A DNA stretch of 64,000 nucleotides from contig OZ287072.1 in NCBI GenBank assembly GCA_965645245.1, forward strand, positions 1,054,001-1,118,000, read 5' to 3'. This document shows positions 1 to 12,477 of this stretch, in pieces. The DNA comes from Massalongia carnosa. Taxonomy: Eukaryota. The number at the start of each line of letters is the position of its first letter. The stretch's first letter is position 1. The position numbers were made by a program, and so were the translations under genes. The notes beneath the pieces are model-generated. The model was not told the origin of the DNA, made no database searches, and saw only the letters and a list, made by a program, of their open reading frames with translations.

Positions 1-1364
1 TGAATAAGTTTTATCGCATGCTTGATGGTATTTGGCAATTTTCGCGGTAAGCGGGTCTGCAATTCGTGATCTTTGGATTGTGCAATCTTGTCTTTCGTTG
101 CTTGGAAGCTTTCCAGGGTCAATTTGAACCCCCTGTAACTTAGCACCACGTATCGATAGCCTTGCCGAAGCTCTGATGACATAAGTTAGCGGTGTGGAAG
201 TTAATATTAAACACTGGACGCTAGGGTTTAAAAATCTCTCCATGGTTTTCTTCGAAAACGTGAACCCACCGACGTAGGAGCATAGTATCTGCTTGCAATG
301 GGCCTTGGCGGCCTTAAGTCATCGATACATCTGAACCATCAACCAAATTGAGTTGCAGGGGTATGAACACCTCAACCTTTTAACCTCAGAATAGTGAGAG
401 TGGAGAGAAAGGTCGAGGACCTAATTGGCTGGAAAGGGTAATTCCAATTTAATCCTTATACTCGTTAATTCGTATTTATAGACTTGAGAGGTTTCACACT
501 GACAAAGCTACATTTACTTTTGTAGCGAGTTTTGTATACTCGCAAAGGTTTATATTTCTTTTGCCTCGGACGAGTTGAATCCTTTGCTCTTTGTAAATTC
601 GATTTCTTTCCTTTTTCGAAGCTTCGATTCCCTTCCATGTCAGACCGACAAAGCACAGTAATAATCATAATTACCTAGATATTTAGATCAGACAAAACAT
701 TAATTTATTGAAAATTCAATAATTCATTGGCAGACCACCAAAGTCCTCTTTTCTTTATGGTAGCGAAAATTCTGTTTTGCTTTTCTTCTATCATTGTGCC
801 ACAAATTTTTTCGTCGTCTCTTTTTCTTTCTACTACCTTCTCTCTGGAAAACCGTGCTAGCAAGAGAAAATGTTCTATAGGATAGAGAGGCCACAGAGCA
901 AAGGACAAAGATATATGAAAAATTAGGAACTCGAAAGGGGGCATGAGAATAAGAGGAAAGGAGCTGGAGTTAGGAATCCATGGTTGTGGGGCATCGTAGG
1001 GGATTTTTAATACTTGATACCGTGTGTAATCCTTGCCAGTGGAATTCCAAAGGAGCTCTTGAAAATAGATGATAATGTTACTAATCACTAAAGAGGACTT
1101 AACGGGTCTGTCGACCTTGACCTAGTCTAAGCCTTTCACCAACTCATTTCTCTTCATGACTAGGCCGCAAGCTGTGCGAGGAAGATTTCTCGCCCCCTTA
1201 TTATTCGGCTCAAGAGTTTCCCCGCTTCTAGGCCCTTGCATTATTCGATAGGTTCCGTGTTCAGTGTGTTGAAAGATAGTTGAAAGGAATATTTTAAGAA
1301 CTCGTGTAATAACGACAGCGCTACAGGAGCCACAATCGGAGGACCTTACTTCAGCACATGTCAA
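1..1364 (-). pseudogene. HET-domain (heterokaryon incompatibility) gene, degenerate and cut by the window edge
   Basis: Minus strand ~1-172 reads ELRQGYRYVVLSYRGFKLTLESFQATKDKIAQSKDHELQTRLPRKLPNTIKHAIKLI, resembling the HET domain start Y.ALSY.WG...LP.TI.DAI. Upstream is LLRRWVHVFEENH, like the pre-HET 'W...C...H' motif. An intron-like segment at ~173-219 does not restore the frame. The upstream limit (CxxC fragment in ORF 1122-1364) is uncertain. Confidence 0.5.
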
Positions 1365-2026
1365 CTTACTTGAAGAATCTTGAGCATCTCTTCTTTTGAT
1401 ATTAATACAGTAGCTTTGTAGTATGGATAGCCACAGGTGAGTTCCGGTCTAGAAACTCGTCTGGCATCGCACGATGACTGTCGATGTATAATGAATTTCC
1501 TCGTGAGTTTGATATCTCAAGAAAATGATCCACAACCTCATGGATGGCATCTGTTCTAGTAGCCTTTGCGATCACCGCTGTGTTTTCACCATAATTTTTC
1601 GACTACCCGATAGCTTCTGCACTGGTATCCGTACCTGTCCATTTGGGTAGAGAATCAAAGACTCGCACAACTGTTGCTGAATCACATACGCGGAATAACG
1701 TCCACTGAGAGGCATTTCTGTCACGTGTTTCTTATCGTCCTCTCCGCAATAGTTATTTACTTAACTTGATTAGGTAAATTAGACTATCAGTCACCTGACA
1801 GAATTGAAGCCTCTCGACTTCCGAGCCCATCATCGATTTAGTTCACCCATCTCACAGAGTAGACGGAGTACTCTGAACAGAGTATAGAGTTCTCTGTCTT
1901 CTGTCCCTATTCATCACCAGATCCATTCACTCATTTTACATCCTTCTACTCTAATATGTATCGCTGTCCGATACTCGCAACAAGTCGCGTAACTTCATGC
2001 TGAATGTGTTGTTCAACCAATCAATC

Positions 2027-3851
2027 ATGGAAGTAGCTACTGCTCCATCCACGCCCAAGACCTCAATTCCCCACCATGTGATGCGCCGCTCTTACACCGC
2101 GCCGACCAGATCTCGAACTGTCGAAAGGACAGTCTCGCTGCCTCGTGAACCAGAAGCAGAAAGCGCAGAAACATTGTTTGCGCACAACGACAGCAAGATC
2201 GTATCGTTTAGCACACAAACATCGTTAGCGAAACGACACTCGAGTATTACGCAAGGACCATCAGACGTTCAGGATGCCCCCATTGGCACGCTCCCCTGGG
2301 CTTCTGCAACAGAAAGAACAATTGCGGCTGGTGTGTACTACTTCTGTGGTGAAGGCAACGGCGCTGTCACTGACTTGGTGGTTCATAGGGCCGCTACGCA
2401 TTTATAGGGTGCTAGGCTCCGTTGCTTTCCTAAATTCAGGTACGACGCTGCGCCCGATCCTATCGAAATCTCAATGTTGGTGCGTGGATGGGGAATCAAA
2501 GTTTGTTCTTCGCGTTGCGCAGAATTCGTACTATCGAATCGAATTTCCAAACAATTGCGAAGCAGAGAATCAAGAGGTTGAAGAGTTCAAGGCTGTATTA
2601 GCAAAGTTGCTCCAGTATGAACTTACCCCTTGTCCTTTCAAGCGAGGTTTCACGGTCGAGTTACCGGAAGCACCCAAGACTCCGGTGCGGAAGCGGCCGT
2701 GGAAGCCCCAAACACGGCAACAGCAGCTAATGGAAACTTCAAGAAGCCACGAACCTGAGGTCAAGGGGTACAATAAGAGGGGAGACTTGAGTTTACGGGT
2801 GCAGGAAGGCGACCGTGATCGCTCACGCGAAAGCATTAGTGCGGCAATGGACCAGTACCAAATCCCGGCCTCAGGTGAAAATACTGACGGAGGTAGTGTA
2901 GCCAAGGAGGACGACGAAGCCAAAGACCATGCAATTCGAGATCCTAATGACCTAGAGATAGTCGAGCGTGATACGTTCAAAACTCCAACAAGGCCCCAGG
3001 CGCTGCGAACTGGACGAGCGATCACAGCGCCACCACAGGTGCCCTCAAGATCCACATCCTCATCCGACGAGACAGCCAACAAACCTATCCCTATAAAACT
3101 TGGCAAAGAGTCATCCAGCCTATCTTCAAGCGTGGACTCCTTTCATTCATTCCATAGCCCCATTTCTCCCTATCCGCCGTCCCCACCATACTCTCGACCC
3201 TCTTCTCCGTCGCCAACTCCATGCGATGTCGGTTTGACCATCCGCCGGACACGCAGCCAGAACCGCGACTCCGAAATCACCGTCACCAGCGAATTCCCAG
3301 GCCTTTGGGACATGACAAACGTCGATCCCACCCAGCACACTTATGCCTCTGTATCGCCGATCCTCCCCGGAACACCAAGCCTCATCAGCGACGCCGCATC
3401 CCAAATCGAAGAGCCCTGGGCCGAAGCTATCACACCCTCCCCCATCGCCGAGCTCCGCCGCCGCCCAGTCCCTCCAAGGCGGCAGACCCCGTCCCCGCTC
3501 CCTTCACCCGCAAACCTCTATTCCCCCCGCTGCCGACTATCAGGCCATCATCTTACCACCGCTATCCTTCAAAAGACTTGCTCCTTGCTGCTCGGCCCAC
3601 CCGTGCAGCTCGTTGCCCTAATGCTGAACATTGCCGCCAAGATCGCGCAAGGTGCTTACCGCGGCGCGTCCTTTGGTTATAGCGAATCCGGGCAGAGAAT
3701 TCCGTGTTCATGGGACTTTAGCGACGCGGATGATGAGCCGGATTTAGGGGTTTGGGAGGAGGATGATTATGGCGTATCGCTCGGTAAAGTGGCTACTGCC
3801 GCTAAACCCGCGCGCGTGAGCGAAATCAGCGGATCTTGGGAAATTGATTGA
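2027..3851 (+). CDS. INP1: Inheritance of peroxisomes protein 1 (Inp1 family)
   Basis: Exons 2027-2330 and 2389-3851; intron 2331-2388 (GTGTGT...CTGAC...TAG). The join gives GTLPWASATERTIAAGPLRIYRV..VAFLNSG..LRPILSKSQCWCVDGESKFVLR, the fungal Inp1 signature. Alternative ATG at 1997. Confidence 0.85.
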
Positions 3852-4740
3852 GTTATTCTTTTTCAAAAACCCCGTCTTTCGACAGCGGGTAGGATTGTCT
3901 TACATGTATTTTTTCTTCTTTTCGGCTTGGATACTTTCCCCCAAGCTTTTGCACACTGGTTTCTAGGGGTGTCGGTTGACGTACGAACAACGCGATACTA
4001 ATGATAATGGGGAACATTATTGTGGCGTTTATGATATGACATCGTGCATCTTGGCGTTTCTTTTCTCTTTTTTTTGCCATTTGGCAGGAATCTGTATATC
4101 TATCTGGGACAACCTCGGTACGGGCCCCTCAAGGGTTGGGGGGGGGGTGGATGATACCTGGCGCTTTCCTTAGCGGCGAAACGCACTGCTTACATCGGTA
4201 TCTCGATGCTGGGTTGGGGAATCCGATAACGAATGGAAAGATTTCCACTCCATGGATTTGTTTCTTTTTTTTTGGTTCTTGCTCCCCTCGCTCATGTGGG
4301 TTTCTGGGACTGCTAGTTTTGAACTAGGAGTTGAGTGGATTTCTTCCTATAAATATTCCACCCCCTTCCCTCCTCCCCTTCCTTCAAACCCATCTCCTCG
4401 CGCGGCACACCCACCCGATAAGCGTCTCTCTATCTTTTCTTAGCGGTATTTGGTCAAACTAGCCGTACGTAACGAATGGATGGAGAGAGAACACTTGAAG
4501 TGTCGTATGCCATTTATAGCTTTATGTTTGAGTTTCTCTGTTCTTTTTCTTTTCCGTCTCGTTCGTTTTCAAAGGGGGACGGGGAACGGGGAACGGGGAC
4601 GAGGCAGGGCACGTGTAGGGTCCAACCCATCCCTGAACCTCGTCTCCTCGACAAAAAGGTCCTGCCTGATCTTTTCACCACGCTGAGTGGTAGCTTCGCA
4701 CATCCCGTCTAGCTTGCCTAGGTGCTACCGTACCTACCTA

Positions 4741-6078
4741 CAGTCCCGTGCCAAAAGTCTGCGGCCCAACCCGTAATTTTCGTGATTTCGCGTTTTCAAC
4801 TCATCAACCCCCCATCTTCCACCTCATCATTTCACCATGCTTCGTGCTTCTTTGACCCCCATAAGTGGTAATCGGCCTCGTAACACTGAATTGACGCCAT
4901 ATCAACGTGGTATGATTGTTGGGGCCCAGGCGTTGGGGCACACACCGACCGAGATTGGGAAGACTCTTAATTTCAATAAATCGACCGTGCAGAGCACCAT
5001 TCAGAAGCACTCAATTCGCAACGACGGCGTGTCTAAATCACGTTCTGGACGGCCTGAAGTGCTGTCAGAACGCGATCGACGTTATATCATCAAGCATGCA
5101 CGAATCAATCCACGAATCACTTATGCACAAATCAAACTAGAAGTGGGGCTCGGCTGCAGTCGTACGACTATTTATCGGGCACTCAAACTGTATGGTTTAA
5201 CCAACTGGGTGGCTAAAAAACGACCTTTATTGACGCCTGAGGTGGCCAAGAAACGATTGGATTGGTGCTTGCTGCGGCGTGAGTGGACTTTTGAGCAGTG
5301 GTCAAGAGTTATATGGTCAGATGAGTGCTCGGTGGAAAAGGGGTCAGGAAAACAGCGTCAGTGGGTGTTCAGATTGCCGAAAGAAAAATGGAATAAAGAG
5401 ATGATACAACCTGTCCCCAAAGGCAAAGGAGTCAGTGTCATGGTCTGGGCAGCTTTTTGGGGAGATGACAGGTCAGATCTTTACAAATTGGCTCGTGATT
5501 TTGCTGCGAAGAAGATGGGGTACTCGGCGAACTCATATATGGAATTATTGAACGATAATCTGCTTGGAATTTGGCAACCGGGCCTCATTTTCATGCAGGA
5601 TAACGCACCTATACATAAGGCTAAAAAGGTGATGGAATGGTTCAATGAGAACGGCATAGAGGTCATCGATTGGCCCCCCTATTCACCTGATTTAAATCCC
5701 ATCGAGCACGTTTGGTATGTGCTCAAAAAGCTCGTCTATCAAGTCAACCCGAACATAGATTTGGTGATCGGCAGTGATGAAACTGTTCGTGAGGTACTTT
5801 GGAAAGCGTTAGAAGAAGCCTGGACGTTGATAGATGTGAAAATGATGAGGAGGTTGATAGAGAGCATGAATAGGAGGATAAAAGCGTGTATAGCGTCGGA
5901 AGGATGGTATACTAAATATTAAAAATCAATTTTTGGGGGAATTCTTGTTTAGTAAGTATGTAATCATTATGTAAAGTTTCAAGACATTTCAGCAATGGTG
6001 ACGTGGTTGATTGTTGATTGAATAGAATGATTGAAATGTTGGTGGGGTGCGGGGCCGCAGACTTTTGGCCTAGTACTG
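4741..6078 (+). mobile_element. Complete Tc1/mariner DNA transposon (impala-like), 1338 bp
   Basis: TA at 4739-4740 and 6079-6080. 27-bp imperfect TIRs: CAGTCCCGTGCCAAAAGTCTGCGGCCC versus reverse complement CAGTACTAGGCCAAAAGTCTGCGGCCC (4 mismatches). Encloses an intact transposase. Confidence 0.95.
4837..5922 (+). CDS. Tc1-family DD34E transposase, 361 aa
   Basis: N-terminal HTH region with GRP motif; WSDE, FMQDNAP and YSPDLNPIE, with 34 residues between the second D and the E. No stops. Confidence 0.95.
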   Translation: MLRASLTPISGNRPRNTELTPYQRGMIVGAQALGHTPTEIGKTLNFNKSTVQSTIQKHSIRNDGVSKSRSGRPEVLSERDRRYIIKHARINPRITYAQIKLEVGLGCSRTTIYRALKLYGLTNWVAKKRPLLTPEVAKKRLDWCLLRREWTFEQWSRVIWSDECSVEKGSGKQRQWVFRLPKEKWNKEMIQPVPKGKGVSVMVWAAFWGDDRSDLYKLARDFAAKKMGYSANSYMELLNDNLLGIWQPGLIFMQDNAPIHKAKKVMEWFNENGIEVIDWPPYSPDLNPIEHVWYVLKKLVYQVNPNIDLVIGSDETVREVLWKALEEAWTLIDVKMMRRLIESMNRRIKACIASEGWYTKY

Positions 6079-7168
6079 TATCTACCTAGACCAACCCCTC
6101 AATCAACCACCCAGCCGTCTCTCACCCAAGCAGTCCATCACAACAGCGAGCTACCATCCATCCGGCACCAATATCCCTCCTTTAGGAAAAGAAAAGGATC
6201 TTTCCCCACAGCAGCTTCATTCGGCGAATCATCTCAACCGCACCAAGCATACCATACGTACGTGCACAGCAAGTTCAAAGTGGATGAGGCGTCATCTCAG
6301 TACCTTTTGGCCCCCCCCCCTCCCCCCCAAAATGAATTATTTACTCCTTATAGTTAATTAGCAGAACTGTGGAACTGCTATTCAACCCACCGACGTCTTT
6401 GCGCAAGATATGCGTGCTCGTGGTCGGTTCATGCCTCCCATACTAGGTTAGATTGTTGGAGATGATGGATCTGTTGATAAGATCATCGCCTTTGACACCA
6501 CTGCTGGGGAGCTATAGCATAAAACATCTGATGCGCCGCCAGGTTCTGACACTGAATGTCGAACCCCTCATATGCATCAAAGGCAAAACGTAAAGATGGG
6601 AAGGAAGGAAGTGACAGCGAAAAGGTAAAAGTAGATACCCTAACCACAAGAGGTCAAGGCGGAAAATTAAAACCTAAACGTTGAAAGACAGAACACTGTG
6701 ATAAGTGGATAGCTTCTTGACGACGATGGCAAAGTATTTTGCATATCGCTTTAATAGGCTCTCTGATGTCAGTCCCCGGAGTGCTTCGCAGACTTCTAAA
6801 ACGGGGGCCAGCTAAGCGGGAACAATGTGGATATATATATCAAGAGAAATCCCGTTCGGAAGGATCCGGATAAGCTTTCTAGAGAAATTTGAAAGTGACA
6901 CCTAAGTGACTAAGTTTGTGGCCTGTTGAGTATCCAAGAAGCTTAAACGAGATCCTCCAAACGATAGGCAAACCCGATGGGCAGAGAGATTGATTCGAGG
7001 CTGTCCTGCAATCGGATAAGAAAGGCCCATACAAGCATAGTGTAGGTATAGAATCCAACACCAAGATGTCTCAAACATATTTTTTTTCATTCTTAACCAA
7101 TATCGCCTTCTCGTATCATCTTACCACATCAATCTTAATTCATTCACGTAAGCAACCTGGGTAAGAAT

Positions 7169-8780
7169 AGTTTGTCCGCAGGACAAGTTACACTCATGAA
7201 CAATCGAGTCAAAATAGCATAGCAGATATGGACGAGCAGATTCGAAAACTAAATGAAACGAGGAGGCAAATCCAAACTTCTTTTCACTATTATGGTATGG
7301 TCAGAACACCGGAAACACTCTTTCACTAACCCCGGTAATCATGGATATATAAACGCGACTGCTGGAATACTATGTCATTAACGCGGAATCTTCATTCCCT
7401 GACCAGGCTCCAGACGTAGGCAAGGCGCTTTTGCTTGAAGGGTACGACCTCAATCAACTATATTACAGGCTTTTGAGATGCCATTGGAGTCTGATATGTT
7501 AGAGCTAGATAAGTATAGCCCGTTTAGATCCGCATGTACAGTTGTGAGTCGAGTGTACTTGTTTGGAGCTACTCAGCAGGCAGTCATTGGGGTTTCCCTT
7601 CAATGGCTGCAGTACCAAAGACATCCAAATGCATGAAAATTATAATTGCCGGGAGCCATGCCACTTGATCGTTGAAAGAGCAATTTTCAGATGTCATAGT
7701 AGACTGCTAATGTAAGAGCATCCTCATCGATGAGCATCAGGTATAGCAGTGCTCCTAAACCGGTAAATGGAAAAGGTTCAATCGTACCTCATAATTTTCA
7801 CAACAGGAAGGGTATCCCTCATTTCTCATTCTGAAGACTGTGTTACATGATAAGCATGAAATATGCTTCAGTATAGAGGCGCCTATGTCCAGATCACTGA
7901 ACTTTGTAAAGCGTTGAGCTCTGATAAAGCTTTAGGTATCGGCAGGCGCAAGCAAAATTCCCGTAATTTCCGAGTTTTTGGGGCATAGATTATTCTTAAC
8001 AAGTACTAGGAAGATTCTTAAGAAAGCAGAACAGAGAGGATAGAAGGATACCGATAACAAGGAATGGGAGCAATCCCTGGCAGCCAAGAGCATCACCGTG
8101 GACGACGGTGAATCAGTGGCCTTGACTGGTGTTGTAGTAGGGGCGTGGCTTATCAGCTTTGGCTTGCTTTGTATTTTCACAAGACTAGGAGCATTTTGCA
8201 AAGATTCCTCAGACTCGATAAACACTCTCGGCACCTGCAAGAACTAGCACTGCCATCATCGCTGAGAAACAGTGATGGGTCCATTTCTGCAAAACAGCAT
8301 CAAAAGGCTCCAGGGTATGGAGGTAACGCCGAGGTCCCGAAGATTCTGCTCGAAAAAGAAACAAATCAGTTTACGTTCACCGGCATCTTGGCCTAAAGTT
8401 CTGTGCTTGCCAAGAGCATAGCCTGTGTTTCTTGGTTGAGATAGGTAGAATAGAGGATGCTCTATCTGCACGTAAAACAAACAGGGTTGAGTAAGCCGAT
8501 CGCGAGCATTTATTTTTTAAAACAATGGATATAATAGCAAATCAAAAGGGTCAGATAAGAACACTTCGCCCGGTGGTACCCGATATGAATAGATTGACGG
8601 ACCCTCACATAAGCTGGTCACCCACATCCCCACCACAATTCTGTATTCGAAGTATTCGTATGCTCACAAAGTACAATGAAACAAAAGTTGCCAATATTTA
8701 TTAGGGAAAGGCCCGATGTACTAAGCCCAGTTTCTGCAAACTTAACCATGGTCTGGAGCATCCTTTAGATACCAAGTTGG
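7169..8780 (+). pseudogene. Possible heavily decayed NACHT-associated winged-helix/ankyrin (NLR-like) gene relic
   Basis: Fragments in expected order: SLSAGQVTLMNNRVKIA (7169), LLEYYVINAESSFPDQAPDVGKALL (7359), ankyrin-like PCHLIVERAIFRCHSRLLM (7656) and DDGESVALTGVVVG (8101). Many stops and frameshifts. Confidence 0.3.
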
Positions 8781-9266
8781 GAGGGAAGGAATGAGTTTCC
8801 CTGATGATCTCGTTGAAGCTAGTATGTGTGACCAATTTGTTGCGCGCCGATAGTCCTCCACAAAAGCTAGATCCTTAAGTCCCGGCAATTATGACATGAT
8901 AGAGACGAGCGATATTATGAAATGGGGGGGTTGATCGATACTCCAAGCAGGAGTTCGCAATCAGAAGTTTTAAAAACTCAGACGTTAGGTGCTTTTTCTC
9001 GCCGAAGCCCTTTTTGAAGTCTTTGCTTGAATGCCAAACCTGAATTAAGTATGCAAGCGTACGTAGGACAAGACCCCTCTGCACAGTCAATCCTCTCGTT
9101 CGGTGGTTGTCAGCAGGCCTCCATCTGCAGCGTCAATGCGAGAGGAAAAGAAAGTTTCGGGCAAAGTTAGCTTTCTCGGTTTTTTTTGGTTTCCCTTCGT
9201 CATATTCGAATCCATATCGGTTCATGTACAGTCTTGGAGATGGCTTTGAAAATGCCTTTGATACAG

Positions 9267-9320
9267 CTTGCTCTTGCTCTTGCTCTTGCTCTTGCTCTTG
9301 CTCTTGCTCTTGCTCTTGCT
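9267..9320. repeat. (CTTGCT)9 microsatellite
   Basis: Perfect hexamer array read directly. Confidence 0.95.
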
Positions 9321-10847
9321 CATCTAGTTACTTAGTCTTATCATCACGTACCTAATGAAACCCATGGTCAAGGAGAAGAATGTAAGTTGGATCGCTACTC
9401 GACAAATTGGGGATAACATGCTGGTGTGATGCGGCTGCACAAGGCTTGCTGAAGGCTTGCCGAAGGCTGCGTTGCTCGGCTTTGTTGCACTGTAAGTTTC
9501 GAAAGTAGGCTATGTCACGAACCCGAGGGTCGAAGGTGATTGGACACTTTGACCCAAGGGAAACGTTCCCGGTCAATGGATTTCGCGATCTAGATGCTGG
9601 GTCAATAGGTCGAACCATGATCCTCAATGGCTTTCATATTATGGGCGAAGGTGCCGAATGTATGCAGCGGTTCATCAAGGTTGCCATTTAGGTGCTTTGG
9701 GGGCTTTGAGAGCCTTGGGACTTTCGTAGTGAGTAGGGTGTTGTATGACGGGATTTTCGAGGTACTTTGAAGGTGTTTTGTGAGTTGCTTGCAAAGATGC
9801 TTGCAAAGTGGTGGCATGAGCTGGTCTGCAGCAAGACTAAGGCAAGCATTGTGCGTTGGCAATGAGACCACAAAGTGAATGGAAGGAGGGTGCCGCCAAC
9901 TCCTGACGTGGAAAGCGAAGTCCAAGCCATTGGGCAGGCATGTTAAGGTACCAGTGTTGTATGTACCTATCACACCGGTCCGCTGAAACACGATGCTGTG
10001 AATCGTGTGAATTGTTGAACTGAGTCAGCTTTTACTAGATAATTCTAGTCACCTATGGCTGTCGAGTCGAAGAATAGGTACTCGGAATTCTGTTCCAAAC
10101 ACTTGTTACAGAGCACTCTACAACTGAAGAAAAGAAGAACGTTCGGAGACGTCCCGGTTACAGCATACCGAGGATACAGAGCAAGGAGTCAGAAGAGGAC
10201 AGAAATAGTTGGCTGGCACAAAATCTCTGAGCTTGTTGGTCACAATAGCTCCGCTACACTATCACGGCTCGGTATTCTATGTTACGTACTCCGTCAGAGT
10301 AGTATCTTCAGGGGTGGAATCCAGCCCTCATCTCATGCCATCCATGTGAAGATGTACTGTAAAGTAGTTTAACTCGATGTCCGCACCCAAGAACTGTTTT
10401 CGGCTGCGTCAGAGTGTCAGAGTCGCATTGCCTCTTCCCTCCCTTGGGCTTTCCTTTCCGTTCACCGAAATCTCAAAGGCCAAGAAAATCCCCCTTTCAC
10501 CCCGACCGAAGGTACAGAGTGTTAGGTACTCTGTACTTGTATTCTGTACCTATCTCCTCCGCCCCGCCCGCCAGGCACCCCTCGTTCAAAGCACATAACT
10601 GTCAATGCATCGTCCATTCTGCGGGTTGAATGTGCTCACGCGGATGGGATTCCCGTTTCGTGCACCTGTTCTCGGATCGACATCTCTATGCCGAAGGAAG
10701 TCCTGTCGAGACAATCGAGACAGAGTACTTCGTACACAGTACGAGCCGGCTGCACAACGATAAGGAAACGGTGTCAGGATGTGAACATTACTATCATATT
10801 ATGTAATACAGTGCATGCAGGTTTAGCGCGCTGTATTCTGTGCCCCG

Positions 10848-10930
10848 TACGGAGTACAGAGTACACAGTACTCTGTACGGCGTTACGGCGTTACGGAGTA
10901 TGCCCAAGCCTTTGTACAGAGTACAGAGTA
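10848..10930. repeat. Chain of overlapping TACnnnGTA motifs (TACGGAGTA/TACAGAGTA) with 7-bp period
   Basis: TACGGAGTA 10848, TACAGAGTA 10855, TACACAGTA 10862, TACTCTGTA 10869, TACGGAGTA 10892, TACAGAGTA 10915 and 10922. Confidence 0.8.
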
Positions 10931-11652
10931 CCTGACCTTACGAGCCCAAAGTTCGAGGCATCAGCGATGCAGGTACCAGGGGTGACATTGACAGACGACT
11001 GGTTAGTGGCTTCCTCCTGAGAAATCTCATTTCGATTCCCGATCCCGACGTCGACGAGCCTCGTTCAAGTAATCGGCTAGCCATTTCAAGCGAAAGCCCC
11101 TGACCCTTTCCCGCTCTTGAAACGCGTTCGTATTGTTTTCAGGGGCTGGTGAAGTACCTAATCAAAGAAAAACAAAGTGAATGACATGGTCATCCCGGAA
11201 AGGGGATTATTGGTAATTGCAGGATAATGTTTGCGCATTGAAACAAGCCTAACCGAGAGACTGAGATTCCCCTTCATTGTCCCCCCAAATCTTGTCCCGA
11301 TTCCTCGTTGTATTAAAGTCTCACGAGGCGCCGCCTCATCTTCATTTCTTTTGGTGCCCACCCTTCACCCAGCCATTCTTTCATTCCACACATCCCTTTC
11401 GGATTTCCTGATCACTTGCACTCGTTCAGTGCCAGATTCTGATCCACTTTCCTGCTTCTGCTAGCCAGACACATCATTTCTGCACACTCATTCCAACTTG
11501 GCTCGCTTTTATCACAACTGTGCAAGCCACGGTCGTTATTGCCATTTAAAAGCTTCTGTCAAGAGACTCTTGAGATTTGATATCTCAGCTTCGTACAAGA
11601 AAAACCCAGAATCGAACGGCTACTAGACAGTTGAATTCTTCCAATTCCCAAC

Positions 11653-12477
11653 ATGCGTGTCTCAACCATCCTCGGTTCCCTCTTTGTGGCTGGAGCCCTG
11701 AGTGCTCCAGTCGCTCAAGACGTTGTGTATGATGTTGTCTATCAAACGGTTACCGTCACTGCCAAACGTCCCAACCACCATCAAGGCTATACGTATACTT
11801 ACAGCTTCGGGCAATCTGCTGCATCGTCCACGCAAATCTCCACTCCAGCACCTACGTCCACGCAAATCTCCACTCCAGCACCTACGTCCACCCCTCCGGC
11901 GCCAACCTCAACCGTAGAGCCATCTTCGACTCCAGAGCCTGAAACTTCCTCGACGCCTCAACCGACCCCCACGCCCCAACCAATCCAACAGCCAACGTCA
12001 CAGTCTGATGGCTCTCCAAAATCTGCAGGCGTCTCCCTTCTATCGATTGTCAACAAATGGCGCGGCAAATATGCTTTATCTTCCCTCGCATGGTCTGACA
12101 CTCTCACAAACAATGCACTCAAGACCGGCACGGACGACGATGGTGTCAACCAAAAGCACGAGCTCAACCCTGGGTCTATGGCTCAAGTGATTACTCCCGG
12201 CATGCAGACCGCATACGGAGATATTGTCGTCTCTCCGTTTGAGCTTTCGTATGTAGCGTGGCTATGTGAAGTTTCTTCCGATCCGCAACTCAAGAGCGAC
12301 AATACAGATTATTGCAAGCTCGTGGCCGATCATCTATTTATGAGTTATGACTCAACCGGACATCACGATATTCTCAATAGCCCTTCTTATCAGAATATTG
12401 GTTGCGCGTTCGCTGCCAACCCGAGCGCCGGCACGGATACACCGTATCAAGGGCTCTGGATCTGTGATCTTAACTGA
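11653..12477 (+). CDS. Secreted CAP/SCP (PR-1-like) protein with Ser/Thr/Pro-rich linker
   Basis: Signal peptide MRVSTILGSLFVAGALSAP; PST-rich linker with a 30-bp duplication (~11825-11884); C-terminal VNKWR..Y.L..LAW and GHHDIL...YQNIGCA typical of CAP domains. Single exon. Confidence 0.8.
   Translation: MRVSTILGSLFVAGALSAPVAQDVVYDVVYQTVTVTAKRPNHHQGYTYTYSFGQSAASSTQISTPAPTSTQISTPAPTSTPPAPTSTVEPSSTPEPETSSTPQPTPTPQPIQQPTSQSDGSPKSAGVSLLSIVNKWRGKYALSSLAWSDTLTNNALKTGTDDDGVNQKHELNPGSMAQVITPGMQTAYGDIVVSPFELSYVAWLCEVSSDPQLKSDNTDYCKLVADHLFMSYDSTGHHDILNSPSYQNIGCAFAANPSAGTDTPYQGLWICDLN

Noticed and set aside
2570..3682. Several ORFs overlapping INP1
   Set aside because: Shadow frames of a GC-rich, Pro/Ser-rich coding sequence.
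9352..9991. Minus ORFs with a CKHLC motif, possibly SWIM-finger-like
   Set aside because: No upstream CxC at the proper spacing and no coherent exon structure.
10848..10930. CRISPR-like repeat array
   Set aside because: Units are 7-9 bp with no unique spacers, no cas genes, and the context is eukaryotic.
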